Source: Candidatus Eutrophomonas brisbanensis (GTDB lineage: Bacteria > Pseudomonadota > Gammaproteobacteria > Burkholderiales > Eutrophovitaceae). Taken from it: DNA of 64,000 nucleotides. How positions within the stretch are numbered: the stretch's first letter is position 1; every line of letters begins with the position of its first letter. The notes under the pieces were generated by a model. That model had not been told where the DNA came from and did no database searches. It worked only from the letters and a program-made list of their open reading frames with translations. The stretch spans positions 120,539-184,538 of the forward strand of contig JAYQIQ010000004.1 of assembly GCA_038141705.1 (NCBI GenBank), in the 5' to 3' direction. Shown here one piece after another: positions 9,147 to 19,533 of the stretch. A program made the translations under genes and the position numbers.

Positions 9147-9716
9147 TTAGACAGCTATCACGTCAATGTTTGGATCGATCTCTCGCACAAGACTCGTGAT
9201 TCCAGCAAGCGTGCCCGAGAGAGAACTCGGACAACTTCCACACGCCCCCTGGTAGTGAACGCTGAGAACGTTATCCTCTAAACCGACGACGTATAGATCG
9301 CCGCCGTCACTTTGCAGATATGGCCTCACTCGCTCATCGAGCAACTCGTTAATTTGAACCAGTTTTAAGCGATCGGATTCGCTCAAATCTGAATCATCAG
9401 ACTGCAACCAACTTGCCACTTCGGCAATCTCCTCGGAAGCCTTTTCGGCAGTAGCCGCCTCCCTAATTGGCACGGCCAACTCTCTCATTAAATCCTTCCA
9501 GTCTGCACTACCATCTTGGGTGACAGTTATCCAATTATCTACGTAAAAAACACTGATAACTGGTGGGAAAGCAAACAATTTTGACGCTAAGTCATCATCT
9601 TTCGCCGACTCTTTGTCTTCAAAGGATCTTGCAATTCCGTAGGTAAGTGGCTCCTTGAGCACGAACTTGCGGGCGTTGGGATTTGGGGTCACCTCTAGAT
9701 CAGCTATTTTAGGCAT
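9147..9716 (-). CDS. NFU1/NifU-like Fe-S scaffold or carrier (Nfu_N domain plus C-terminal NifU CxxC domain)
   Basis: 189 aa. The N-terminus LEVTPNPNARKFVL is Nfu_N-like. The C-terminus has VHYQGACGSCPSSLSGTLAGI. Confidence 0.8.
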   Translation of the reverse strand: MPKIADLEVTPNPNARKFVLKEPLTYGIARSFEDKESAKDDDLASKLFAFPPVISVFYVDNWITVTQDGSADWKDLMRELAVPIREAATAEKASEEIAEVASWLQSDDSDLSESDRLKLVQINELLDERVRPYLQSDGGDLYVVGLEDNVLSVHYQGACGSCPSSLSGTLAGITSLVREIDPNIDVIAV

Positions 9717-9733
9717 TCTCGAAAATCTCTCGA

Positions 9734-10216
9734 CTACTTATCCGTCCCAGACCCAGGAACTGGGTCATGATCACCCTCGGTAGATACTTCCCCTTGCGAA
9801 TTAATCGCGGCCGTCAAAGTGTGCCATGGGAGCATTGCACATTTAACTCTTGAGGGAAGATCTCTTATACCTGAAAAAATCGAGAGACTACCCAACGTTT
9901 TTTCCTCGGTATTCTCTAACGCACCAGTCGTTAACGCACGGAAATCATCGATCAATTTTGATGCGGCTACCAATGAACCGCCCTTAATTTTGGTAGTCAT
10001 CATCGAACCTGAGGCCATGCAAATCGCACAACTCTCGCCCTCATACTGAATGTCATCAACAGTGTCGTCGCGTACATTCATTGTCACCCAAATATGGTCT
10101 CCACAGAGAGGGTTGATCCCTTCCGCCTTGTGGGTTGGATTATCAATTTTTCCCCAGTTTCGGGGTTTTTTACAATGATCAAGAATGACTTCTTGATAGA
10201 TTTGCTTCGAACTCAT
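9734..10216 (-). CDS. sufU: SUF-type IscU-like sulfur acceptor / scaffold
   Basis: 160 aa with LDHCKKPRNWG, INPLCGD, GESCAIC and RVKCAMLPWHTL, the Cys pattern of SufU-type proteins. Confidence 0.8.
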   Translation of the reverse strand: MSSKQIYQEVILDHCKKPRNWGKIDNPTHKAEGINPLCGDHIWVTMNVRDDTVDDIQYEGESCAICMASGSMMTTKIKGGSLVAASKLIDDFRALTTGALENTEEKTLGSLSIFSGIRDLPSRVKCAMLPWHTLTAAINSQGEVSTEGDHDPVPGSGTDK

Positions 10217-10224
10217 GACTCACT

Positions 10225-11463
10225 CTAATTAAATAACTTCTGAACTTTTCTTATCGACTCTACGAGCACATCTATATCGTCGCGCGTATTGTACAGATAC
10301 AACGAAGCTCTAGTCGTCGCAGGTACCTTATATCGCTCCATCACAGGTTGTGCACAATGATGTCCCGTTCTCACTGCTACCCCGTAGTCATTTAGCAAGG
10401 TACCCATGTCATGCGCATGAATACCTTTAACGTTAAATGAAATCACCCCTGATTTTGTTGGGGAAGTTCCGAAAAACTTCAAATCACTCACTTCCCGCAA
10501 CGATTCCATTGCATAGCTCGTGAGAGATTTTTCGTACTCATGAATGACAGACATCCCAATATTGTTGAGGTAATCCAAAGCCGACCCCAATCCAATTGCT
10601 GCTGCTATGGGAGGCGTTCCGGCCTCAAACTTAGCCGGCACCTCTGCATACAACGTTTTATCGAAAGAGACTGACAAAATCATATCGCCACCCCCTTCAT
10701 ATGGCCTCATCCGGTTCAGGAGATCCATCTTTGCGTAGAGCACACCGATACCAGTTGGACCACACATTTTGTGTCCCGAAAAAACATAAAAATCACAGTC
10801 GATATCTTGTACATCCACTGGCATGTGTGGCGCACTTTGCGCGCCATCGATTAACACTTTAGCCCCACAATCATGCGCCATCGCCGTGATTTCATTGACA
10901 GGATTTACCGTACCAAGAACGTTAGAAACATGAGTGATAGCGACAAGCTTCGTTCGCTCATTTAGAAGCTCACTAAATACGCTCATATCAAGTTCGCCGA
11001 CATCAGATATCGGCACCACTCTTAACTTGGTGCCTAGCTGTTCGCACAACATCTGCCATGGGACTATATTCGAGTGATGCTCCATATAGCTAATAATAAT
11101 TTCATCACCCGCTTTAAAAAACTCTCTTCCAAAACTATTAGCTACTAAATTGATTGCATTGGTCGTTCCTCGGGTAAATATGATCTCCTCAGCTTTTCGA
11201 GCGTTTAAGAACTCACTAATTTTTTTTCTTGCATCTTCGTACTCTTGTGTAGCTCTCTCCGATAGTTGGTAAACACCACGGTGAATATTTGCGTGCTCCT
11301 GGGCGTGATAATTATTCAACCGATCTACGACAGATTGAGGCATTTGCGCGCTCGCACCGCTATCAAGGTATGTTAATGGGCATCCATTTATTAACTGGCT
11401 CAGTACCGGAAAATCACGTCGCGCTGAAGCGATATCTTTCTTATTATTTTGCTGCTGACTCAT
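10225..11463 (-). CDS. sufS: Cysteine desulfurase, group II
   Basis: 412 aa with FSGHKMCGPTGIGVLY (PLP-binding Lys) and RTGHHCAQP (active-site Cys). Confidence 0.9.
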   Translation of the reverse strand: MSQQQNNKKDIASARRDFPVLSQLINGCPLTYLDSGASAQMPQSVVDRLNNYHAQEHANIHRGVYQLSERATQEYEDARKKISEFLNARKAEEIIFTRGTTNAINLVANSFGREFFKAGDEIIISYMEHHSNIVPWQMLCEQLGTKLRVVPISDVGELDMSVFSELLNERTKLVAITHVSNVLGTVNPVNEITAMAHDCGAKVLIDGAQSAPHMPVDVQDIDCDFYVFSGHKMCGPTGIGVLYAKMDLLNRMRPYEGGGDMILSVSFDKTLYAEVPAKFEAGTPPIAAAIGLGSALDYLNNIGMSVIHEYEKSLTSYAMESLREVSDLKFFGTSPTKSGVISFNVKGIHAHDMGTLLNDYGVAVRTGHHCAQPVMERYKVPATTRASLYLYNTRDDIDVLVESIRKVQKLFN

Positions 11464-11486
11464 ATTTAATTCTTTAAAACAATTAA

Positions 11487-12785
11487 CTAAAAACTCGTGA
11501 GGGTACGAATATTTTCCTCAATCGATGGAAGGAGAGATTTAACTGGCAAATCATCCAGCACATCTCGTGCAAATGCATAATTAAGCAAATTTCGAGCTGT
11601 CCTATCATCGATACCGCGAGCCTTAAGATAGAAGAGCTCTTCGTCATTGACTTGACCAATAGTCGCCCCGTGCGCACATTTGACATCATCTGCAAAAATC
11701 TCAAGCTCTGGCTTTGCATCGATTGAAGCGCGATTTGAGAGAAGCAAACTGCGACTTTGTTGAGCAGCATCCGTGCCCTGTGCATCTTTAAAAACTTTTA
11801 TTTTTCCGTTGAATACAACCCGTGCTTGATCTGCCGCAATATTTTTATGTGTTTGGCGCGAGGAAGTATGGGCCTCAGCGTGGTAAAGGGTCGAGTGGGT
11901 ATCCGATACTCTGCCCTTATCACATAGCGCTAAGCCCTTCAGGTCCGCATGCGCCCCATTACCAGACAAATAAACATGGGGATTTTGACGCGACAATTTC
12001 GCCCCACAACTGATCGACCAATTTCTATATGTCCCAGATCGTTCAATATTTACAAATGAATTACTGATATAAAAGGAATCAAGATCTTCGCGTTGGAGCT
12101 GGACGTGATTTAGCCTCGCATTTTCTCTAACAAATAGCTCGGCAACATTGTTCGTAAAATAGCGATACCCTCCGATATTTAGGCTATCTTCAATAAGGGT
12201 CGCCTCTACCCCTTCCCCACAATCAAAAAGAATTCGAGGGCATGAAAATACATCCTTCTTCGTATTAACATTTAAAACTTGTATCACTCGCTTCGAGGCT
12301 GATTCGCCAGTCGCAGTAACCAAGATAATGTCTCGTGCACCTGATGTATTTAACGCCGAGAAACCATCTCCAAACTTGTCCTCTAAACTTCCAAGCAACC
12401 CTTTACCCAAACTAACTTGAATGCCGGTGGCGTCAGAGCTGGTGTTTGAGAGAATTGAAAACTCTTTGGAACTAAGTGTGCTTGAGTATTTCTCCGAAAA
12501 AATACCGTCGACGGTTACGACAAAGTCAGTAGCCTCAGGCAATCGAAAAGACTGCAAAATTTGTTCGTCGATTTGTTGGCTCTCACTAACCGATGATAGA
12601 TTCAATCCGTATAGGCTGCGCAAATCTGTATATCGCCAGGACTCATCGGTCGTTATAGGTAGAGCACCGGGAGTCAATTTACGTAATGCTTGATCTCTAA
12701 TAGTACGTAATATCGGCGCTTCAGATGAATGCCGATCGGTTTTTGAGAGCATTGAAGCTAAAAATTTATCCGCAATATCTCTCAT
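11487..12785 (-). CDS. sufD: Fe-S cluster assembly protein SufD
   Basis: 432 aa. The C-terminus has LEIFADDVKCAHGATIGQ and FYLKARGI, typical of SufD. It sits between sufC and sufS. Confidence 0.85.
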   Translation of the reverse strand: MRDIADKFLASMLSKTDRHSSEAPILRTIRDQALRKLTPGALPITTDESWRYTDLRSLYGLNLSSVSESQQIDEQILQSFRLPEATDFVVTVDGIFSEKYSSTLSSKEFSILSNTSSDATGIQVSLGKGLLGSLEDKFGDGFSALNTSGARDIILVTATGESASKRVIQVLNVNTKKDVFSCPRILFDCGEGVEATLIEDSLNIGGYRYFTNNVAELFVRENARLNHVQLQREDLDSFYISNSFVNIERSGTYRNWSISCGAKLSRQNPHVYLSGNGAHADLKGLALCDKGRVSDTHSTLYHAEAHTSSRQTHKNIAADQARVVFNGKIKVFKDAQGTDAAQQSRSLLLSNRASIDAKPELEIFADDVKCAHGATIGQVNDEELFYLKARGIDDRTARNLLNYAFARDVLDDLPVKSLLPSIEENIRTLTSF

Positions 12786-13564
12786 GCGGCTTTCGCTTTG
12801 TATTCGTCGACGACCCAGTCATAACCTTTGGACTCGAGTTCTAAAGCTAGCTCTTTAGTACCGGTCTTTATGATTTTTCCACCCTCCATGACATGGATAA
12901 AATCGGGTTCAATATAGTTTAGCAAGCGTTGATAATGGGTAACCAAAACAATGGCATCGTCGTCACCATGTATTGAGTTAACACCATTCGCTACGATACG
13001 CAAAGCGTCAATATCTAATCCAGAGTCTGTTTCATCTAGGATTGCCAACTTCGGCTCGAGGATCGCCATTTGAAGGATTTCATTTCGCTTTTTCTCTCCT
13101 CCGGAGAAACCTTCATTTAAGCTGCGATCGAGGAAACCCGCATCCATCTTTAGAAGCCTCAATTTCTCTTGGATAAAGTCATCGAACTCAAGGGGATCTA
13201 ACTCATCTCCTCCTCTCGCAGCTTGTATGCTGTTAAAGGCAAGTCTCAAAAATGCCCCGTTAGTAACTCCAGGAACTTCTATCGGGTACTGAAACCCCAA
13301 AAATATTCCTTTTTTAGACCTTTCCTCAGGAGCTAACTCAATTAGATCTTCACCAAGAAACTCTAGCTTACCGTCGGTGACAGCATAACTTGGGTGCCCT
13401 GCAATGACTTTAGAAAAAGTACTCTTACCAGAGCCATTTTTTCCCATAATCGCGTGGATTTCTCCAGCCCGCACGCAGAGGTCTAAGCCTTTTAGAATAG
13501 ACGTTCCGTTGATCTCCGCCTTCAGACCCCTCGCCTCTAAAATAATTTTATTCTCGTCACTCAT
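12782..13564 (-). CDS. sufC: Fe-S cluster assembly ATPase SufC
   Basis: 260 aa with Walker A GKNGSGKST, the ABC signature FSGGEKKR and Walker B ILDETDSGLD. Confidence 0.95.
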   Translation of the reverse strand: MSDENKIILEARGLKAEINGTSILKGLDLCVRAGEIHAIMGKNGSGKSTFSKVIAGHPSYAVTDGKLEFLGEDLIELAPEERSKKGIFLGFQYPIEVPGVTNGAFLRLAFNSIQAARGGDELDPLEFDDFIQEKLRLLKMDAGFLDRSLNEGFSGGEKKRNEILQMAILEPKLAILDETDSGLDIDALRIVANGVNSIHGDDDAIVLVTHYQRLLNYIEPDFIHVMEGGKIIKTGTKELALELESKGYDWVVDEYKAKAA

Positions 13565-15000
13565 TACCCTACGCTTCCCTCAAGTTTTAATCCTAGAAGC
13601 TTCGTCGCTTCCACCGCGAATTCCATTGGTAGATGCATGAATACATCTCGAACAAATCCGTTAATAATCATTGATACCGCTTCCTCTGGGTCAATGCCTC
13701 GACTCGCAAAATAAAATAGCTGCTCCTCGCCAATCTTTGAGGTACTAGCCTCATGTTCGACGATTGCAGATTTATTATCGACCTCCAGGTAGGGAAACGT
13801 ATGCGCGCCGCATACCTGCCCAATCAACATAGAGTCACACTGCGAGTAATTTCTTGCATTCTCTGCCTTCGGGGAAACCTTAACTAAACCTCGATAGCTA
13901 TTGTTTGATCTTCCAGCGGAAATTCCTTTGCTGATAATTCTGCTACGGGTATTTTTACCAATGTGAACCATCTTGGTTCCAGTGTCAGCCTGTTGGAGGT
14001 GATTAGTCAGCGCGACCGAATAGAATTCTCCAATAGAACTATCCCCAAGCAAAATACATGATGGATATTTCCAAGTCACAGCCGAACCTGTTTCTACCTG
14101 CGTCCAAGAAATTTTAGATTTTTCTCCCTTGCATAAGCCACGCTTTGTCACAAAATTGAATATGCCACCCACCCCATTTTCATCGCCAGCGTACCAATTC
14201 TGGACTGTCGAGTATTTAATATCGGCTCGATCAAGCGCGACAAGCTCCACCACCGCAGCATGCAACTGATTCGTATCGAATTGAGGTGCAGTACAGCCCT
14301 CTAGATAAGACACTTGCGCATCATCTTCCGCCACAATTAACGTTCTCTCAAACTGCCCAGAATCTTGGGTATTAATCCGGAAATAAGTCGACAAATCCAT
14401 CGGACACTTGATACCTTTCGGTATGAAACAAAAAGACCCATCGGTGAAGACGGCTGAGTTGAGAGCTGCATAAAAATTATCAGTGTACGGAACGACACTG
14501 CCCAGATACTTCTTAACCAAATCTGGATGATCCTTAACTGCTTCAGAGAAGGAACAAAAAATAATCCCCTGCTCTGCTAGCTTTTCTTTGTACGTCGTCG
14601 TAACAGAAACACTATCGAAAACGACGTCAACCGCAACACCGGCCAAGGCGGCGCGTTCGTGAAGCGGCACCCCGAGCTTATCAAAGGTCTTCAGAAGCTC
14701 TGGATCAACCTCATCCATCGATTTTTTAGTAGCCTTTGGCTTCGGAGCGGCGTAATAGATGATGTCTTGATAGTCTATTTTTGGATACTTCACATTTGGC
14801 CACTCAGGCTCTTTCATAGTCAGCCAATGCCGATACGCCTTTAAACGAAAATCGAGCATCCACTCAGGCTCGTTTTTCTTTTTAGAAATTAGCCGAACGA
14901 CATCTTCACTCAGCCCCTTATCGACTGTGTCGGATTCAATATCAGTCTTAAATCCGGCTCGGTAAGGCTGATTAACAATACTGTCAAGTGCTGTACTCAT
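13564..15000 (-). CDS. sufB: Fe-S cluster assembly scaffold SufB
   Basis: 478 aa with conserved blocks [29 protein letters not shown] and [16 protein letters not shown]. Confidence 0.95.
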   Translation of the reverse strand: MSTALDSIVNQPYRAGFKTDIESDTVDKGLSEDVVRLISKKKNEPEWMLDFRLKAYRHWLTMKEPEWPNVKYPKIDYQDIIYYAAPKPKATKKSMDEVDPELLKTFDKLGVPLHERAALAGVAVDVVFDSVSVTTTYKEKLAEQGIIFCSFSEAVKDHPDLVKKYLGSVVPYTDNFYAALNSAVFTDGSFCFIPKGIKCPMDLSTYFRINTQDSGQFERTLIVAEDDAQVSYLEGCTAPQFDTNQLHAAVVELVALDRADIKYSTVQNWYAGDENGVGGIFNFVTKRGLCKGEKSKISWTQVETGSAVTWKYPSCILLGDSSIGEFYSVALTNHLQQADTGTKMVHIGKNTRSRIISKGISAGRSNNSYRGLVKVSPKAENARNYSQCDSMLIGQVCGAHTFPYLEVDNKSAIVEHEASTSKIGEEQLFYFASRGIDPEEAVSMIINGFVRDVFMHLPMEFAVEATKLLGLKLEGSVG

Positions 15001-15347
15001 TTTTCCTCACCCAAGCGTTCAGTATTTTCCACCGTGAAGCTCTCTCCACACCCACACGTTGCCATCGCTTTGGGGTTCGTTACCTTAAAGACTTCATTCA
15101 GGCCTTTTCTTTCAAAATCTAAAATAGAACCATCGATGAACAAAAGATCGGCTTTATTGACAACCACGTTAACCCCGGATGAAGAAAAACAGACATCATC
15201 ATTTTTTGCTTCTCGCGCACACTCAAACGTGTAGCTTAATCCGGAGCATCCTACTGTCTTTACACCAAACCTCAGACCAACTCCACTCTCTTTGGATAAA
15301 AACCTCTCGATATGTCTAGCCGCTCTATCTGTAACCGTGATTCCCAT
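14997..15347 (-). CDS. sufA: A-type Fe-S carrier (HesB/IscA/SufA family)
   Basis: 116 aa with GCSGLSY and a C-terminal CGCGESF. Confidence 0.85.
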   Translation of the reverse strand: MGITVTDRAARHIERFLSKESGVGLRFGVKTVGCSGLSYTFECAREAKNDDVCFSSSGVNVVVNKADLLFIDGSILDFERKGLNEVFKVTNPKAMATCGCGESFTVENTERLGEEK

Positions 15348-15356
15348 TAATCGTCC

Positions 15357-16499
15357 TCAACTAGCTAAGGCCATTAAATTGTTAAATTTTTTTAGTACTC
15401 TTCTACATGACAGATGAAATCTCTCGGCATCATCTACAGTGCTTTCCTCCCCGACACTAATTCTCACAGCGCACGAAGCTAGAGATTCTTCGACACCCAT
15501 TGCCAACAGAGTGGGACTCACATTTACACTCGCACTCGAACATGCTGAGCCACTCGCCACACCGAACCCCTCCTCGTTGAGAGCAATAACCATGCTCTCA
15601 CCATGAACTCCTGGGAACGAACAATAAAGGGTGTTAGGTAGTCGCGGAGCTAACTTACCAAAAATGACGGCCCCTAAAGACTCAAGATCAGCCTCTATTT
15701 TATCGCGAATTGGAGATACGACCGCTTGGTAAGATTTGAGTTTTTCCGATGCGATTTCGCAGGCAGTCCCAAACCCGACGATCGCCGGGACGTTCTCTGT
15801 GCCCGACCGAAGTCCAAACTCATGACCACCACCGTCGATTAACGGCTCAAGCGGCAATCGTTTGTCAATCACCAGCGCCCCAATACCTTTGGGACCGCCA
15901 AGCTTGTGAGCAGAGATACTCATCGCATGCACCCCTAGTTCAGCGAAGGTTAATGGGATTTTTCCGACCGCCTGTACTGCATCCGTATGAAACCAAACAT
16001 TGTGTTGCCTGAATGACTCGGCAAGCTTTGAGATGGGCTGAATTACTCCAGTCTCATTATTTGCCAACATAACCGATGCAAAACCCGTTTTACTCGATAG
16101 AAACACATCCAAGCTCGACGCATCAACCAAGCCGTTACCCAACGTCGGTAAGTTTGCAAGTTTCCAACCCGATCTCCGGAGCTTTTGGACAGGATTTTTT
16201 ACACAGGGGTGCTCCATGGCGCTCGAAATAATCTGAGATGGCGGCAAACACGCACCCATGCCTTTTATGAAAGCATTATTTGCCTCTGTCCCCCCCGATA
16301 CAAATATCACCTGTGAAGCCTGCACCTCAACGAGATGGGCCACCTGCTCTCGCGCACGATTAATTGCCTCGCGAACCTTCGTTCCCAAAACATGTCGACT
16401 GGATGCGTTACCGTAGTCATCTTTGAAGTAAGGAAGCATGCTTTGCAACACCTTCTCGCCGATGGGCGTTGTCGCGTTGTGATCAAAATAAGAAAACAT
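15357..16499 (-). CDS. Cysteine desulfurase, group I (NifS/IscS-like)
   Basis: 380 aa with FDHNATTP, SISAHKLGGPKGIGAL and SGSACSS. Confidence 0.85.
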   Translation of the reverse strand: MFSYFDHNATTPIGEKVLQSMLPYFKDDYGNASSRHVLGTKVREAINRAREQVAHLVEVQASQVIFVSGGTEANNAFIKGMGACLPPSQIISSAMEHPCVKNPVQKLRRSGWKLANLPTLGNGLVDASSLDVFLSSKTGFASVMLANNETGVIQPISKLAESFRQHNVWFHTDAVQAVGKIPLTFAELGVHAMSISAHKLGGPKGIGALVIDKRLPLEPLIDGGGHEFGLRSGTENVPAIVGFGTACEIASEKLKSYQAVVSPIRDKIEADLESLGAVIFGKLAPRLPNTLYCSFPGVHGESMVIALNEEGFGVASGSACSSASVNVSPTLLAMGVEESLASCAVRISVGEESTVDDAERFHLSCRRVLKKFNNLMALAS

Positions 16500-16529
16500 T
16501 GGCCAGCCTACATTGCTTCGACATAAAAA

Positions 16530-17015
16530 TCAGGCATTCATTCCACCCGGATTGTTGGATATCTTTTTCTTATATTTTGATAAACGCACTACTGATGATC
16601 CCGATGTTTTTCTTTCACGTGCTCCAACTAAATCACTCAGGGTTACCGAATCCATGTAATCGAAGATATGCTCGTTTAAGTTGGTCCAGAGATCGTGAGT
16701 TACACACTCCTCGTCACCTTTACAGTTTTTCATGCCTCTACATTGGGTGGCATCAATTGACTCATCAACAGCCCTTATTATCTCTCCGACAGTTAATGAA
16801 GCTAGAGGTTTTGCCATTTTGTAACCCCCGCCAGGGCCTCTAACACTCGCTACCAATAATTTGCGTCGAAGCTTCCCAAAAAGCTGCTCCAAGTAAGACA
16901 ACGATATCTTTTGACGTTCACTGATATCACTCAAAGCGACGGGCTTGTCAGTGCCGTAAATGGCAATATCCACCATTGCAGTAACCGCAAATCGGCCTTT
17001 TGTTGTCAATCTCAT
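16530..17015 (-). CDS. iscR: Rrf2-family Fe-S regulator IscR
   Basis: 161 aa with an N-terminal wHTH (MRLTTKGRFAVTAMVDIA) and a C-x5-C-x5-C-x2-H cluster ligand set (CRGMKNCKGDEECVTH). Confidence 0.85.
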   Translation of the reverse strand: MRLTTKGRFAVTAMVDIAIYGTDKPVALSDISERQKISLSYLEQLFGKLRRKLLVASVRGPGGGYKMAKPLASLTVGEIIRAVDESIDATQCRGMKNCKGDEECVTHDLWTNLNEHIFDYMDSVTLSDLVGARERKTSGSSVVRLSKYKKKISNNPGGMNA

Positions 17016-17093
17016 AAGTTACCTGGATAAATTAAGTTAGCGGACTGAGGACTAAATAACGCAGGAACGCCAACCCACGGTCGAGACTATATA

Positions 17094-17118
17094 TTATCCG
17101 ACTATTTTAGTCAACTAT
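17094..17118. promoter_or_regulatory. Candidate type-1 IscR operator upstream of iscR
   Basis: TTATCCGACTATTTTAGTCAACTAT matches about 23 of 25 positions of the E. coli type-1 IscR motif ATASYYGACTRWWWYAGTCRRSTAT. It lies about 80 nt upstream of the iscR start and overlaps the cysE stop codon. Confidence 0.45.
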
Positions 17119-17856
17119 TCGATTGAGATAGTCTGCGTCGAAATCGTCTTTTGGCTTCTCAAGGTCACTCAAATCGACCCCGAGTTTTTTTAACTCGGTA
17201 AGCACGAATCGTATCCTTGTGTCGACTTCTACCGAATGATCCAGTAAACCGTGGATGGCCTTTACGACTGGGTCATTCATATCCGAACTGATTGCATAGG
17301 CTGAGAAGCCCATCCCCTCTGCAGCTGACTCCCGACTATGAACCCCAGGGTCCACGACTCGAGCCGGAATACCGATAGCTGTAGCACCAGCCGGAACGTC
17401 CTTCACAACAACCGCGTTCGAACCAATTTTCGCTCCATCTCCAACCACGATAGGACCAAGCACCTTCGCACCAGCACCGATAACGACATTATTGCTCAGC
17501 GTAGGGTGCCTCTTACCCTTCTCCCAAGAAGTCCCACCAAGGGTAACGCCGTGGTACAGAGTGCAATCATCCCCAATGATGGAAGTCTCTCCGATCACTA
17601 TTCCCATACCGTGATCGATAAAAAATCTGGATCCTATAGCTGCACCTGGGTGAATTTCAATGCCGGTTAGCCACCTTGAAACCGAGGACAACCAGCGAGC
17701 AAACCATTTAAAACCCCATTTCCAAAAGCGATGCGCAAGACGATGAAATAGCATCGCATGAAAACCTGGATAACAAGTTATCACCTCCCAAACAGACCTA
17801 GCCGCTGGGTCACGATCAAACACCACCTTCACTTCTTCACGAATTTGTCGAAACAC
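17107..17856 (-). CDS. cysE: Serine O-acetyltransferase
   Basis: 249 aa with the DPAARS..CYPGFHA N-terminal domain and hexapeptide repeats ([20 protein letters not shown]). Confidence 0.9.
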   Translation of the reverse strand: MFRQIREEVKVVFDRDPAARSVWEVITCYPGFHAMLFHRLAHRFWKWGFKWFARWLSSVSRWLTGIEIHPGAAIGSRFFIDHGMGIVIGETSIIGDDCTLYHGVTLGGTSWEKGKRHPTLSNNVVIGAGAKVLGPIVVGDGAKIGSNAVVVKDVPAGATAIGIPARVVDPGVHSRESAAEGMGFSAYAISSDMNDPVVKAIHGLLDHSVEVDTRIRFVLTELKKLGVDLSDLEKPKDDFDADYLNRIVD

Positions 17857-17888
17857 TCACTCTTCCCTAAAGATTTACAAATGCAATT

Positions 17889-18628
17889 TTAACGTCGTTT
17901 CTTTTGTATTGCGCCTAATATTCCCCTCAGAATCCCTACCTCATCCTTCTCCAAATGAATACGAGCAAACATACGACGCAATCGCTGAACCAATTTTCCA
18001 GGATTTTTTCGTTCAAAAAATCGATCTCTAATAGGACGTCTTCCATATGCTCATACATCAACTCGACATCTTCATGTCGCGCTAACTCTGAGACATCATT
18101 TCTCGATTGATAATCTTCATCTAAATTCAATGCCATCAATAATTCGTACGCAAAAACCTGTACAGCTTGCCCTAAATTTAGGGATGCGTAGCTACTCCCA
18201 GTTGGGATTCGTGACAAAACTGATGCAAGCGATGCGTCCTTAACAGACAATCCAGTTCTTTCAGGACCAAAAACAATAGCAACATCGCCGCTAAGCGTTT
18301 TACTTAAGGCCTGTGTCGCTGCCTCTCGAACTGGAAAAACTTGGTGACTCAACTCACGTTCACGAGCTGTCGTTGCTATTGAGTAGACGGTACCCACGAG
18401 CGCATTGGACAAAGCCTCACAGGAGATCGCATTGTCTAAAACATCCAGCGCGCCAGACGCCATAGCAGTCGCGTCAGGATGAGGAAACAATTTTGGGCGC
18501 ACAAGATACAACTTATCTAACCCCATGACTTTCATCGCACGCGCCGCTGCTCCAATATTTCCGGGATGGCTAGTCTCTACTAGAACGACACGAATACGAC
18601 TGAGATTTGTTTGATCGCTCATCATCAA
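17889..18628 (-). pseudogene. trmJ: tRNA (cytidine/uridine-2'-O)-methyltransferase TrmJ (SpoU family); C-terminus frameshifted
   Basis: SpoU motifs are present (VLVETSHPGNIGAAARAM, IVFGPERTGL). After ..LLEIDF the track frame gives unrelated sequence. The alternative frame reads ERKNPGKLVQRLRRMFARIHLEKDEVGILRGILGAIQKKRR* (stop 17889-17891). The switch is at the A6 run at 18015-18020. Confidence 0.8.
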
Positions 18629-18715
18629 TTTTTAAAAAGTAATCGAACTGTCACCTACTCAACCAGTTTACTTTACAATCCTGTTTTCGTTCTTTATTAC
18701 CGATGAGCCCTCAAA

Positions 18716-19509
18716 ATGAGCCCGATGCTGAATTTCGCGGTGAAAGCCGCAAGACGTGCTGGAGATATAATCGTTCGCGCTTCAGACAATATTGAAAAAA
18801 TCAAAATCCAACAAAAATCGACGAACGATTTTGTCTCTGAGGTAGACCGAGCAGCCGAGTCGGCAATCATTGAGAGCATCCAGAAGGTCTACCCCGATCA
18901 TGCGTTCTTCGCTGAAGAATCAGGAGTCACCGGCGACTCAGATTATGTCTGGATTATTGATCCGTTGGACGGGACAACAAATTTCTTACATGGATTTCCA
19001 GTTTATGCAGTTTCAATCGCCCTCTCCTTTAAAGGACAAATCCAGCAAGCGGTAGTTTACGATCCGAACAGGAATGACTTATTTACAGCAACTCGGGGTG
19101 GAGGTGCTTATCTAAACGAAAAAAGAATCCGAGTCTCCAAACGGGAAAAATTATTAGACTGCTTGATTGGTACGGGTTTTCCATTCCAAATGGGAACTGA
19201 CATAGATACTATACCGAAATGTTCAAGGCATTAACTTTGAAAACAGCTGGGATTCGTCGTCCAGGAGCGGCAGCACTGGATCTCGCCTATCTTGCTGCTG
19301 GCAGAATCGATGGCTTTTGGGAAATGGGCTTAAAACCGTGGGATATGGCCGCGGGGGCACTACTCATTACCGAAGCGGGGGGGCTAGTGGGAGACTTTTC
19401 AGGAGAACAAGATTTTTTGGAATCCGGGAGAATTGTCGCAGGGAACCCAAAAATATTTGCACAAATGTTAAAAGTACTGGCCCCGCACGCTAAAAAATTA
19501 CCCAAGTAA
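18716..19509 (+). pseudogene. suhB: Inositol monophosphatase family protein SuhB; frameshifted
   Basis: ORF 18716..19234 ([16 protein letters not shown].., [12 protein letters not shown]) and ORF 19219..19509 (..IRRPGAAALDLAYLAAGRIDGFWE) are the two halves in different frames. They join as [12 protein letters not shown] if one T is added near 19210. Confidence 0.85.
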
Positions 19510-19533
19510 AAACAAAACCATTTATTTAAACCG

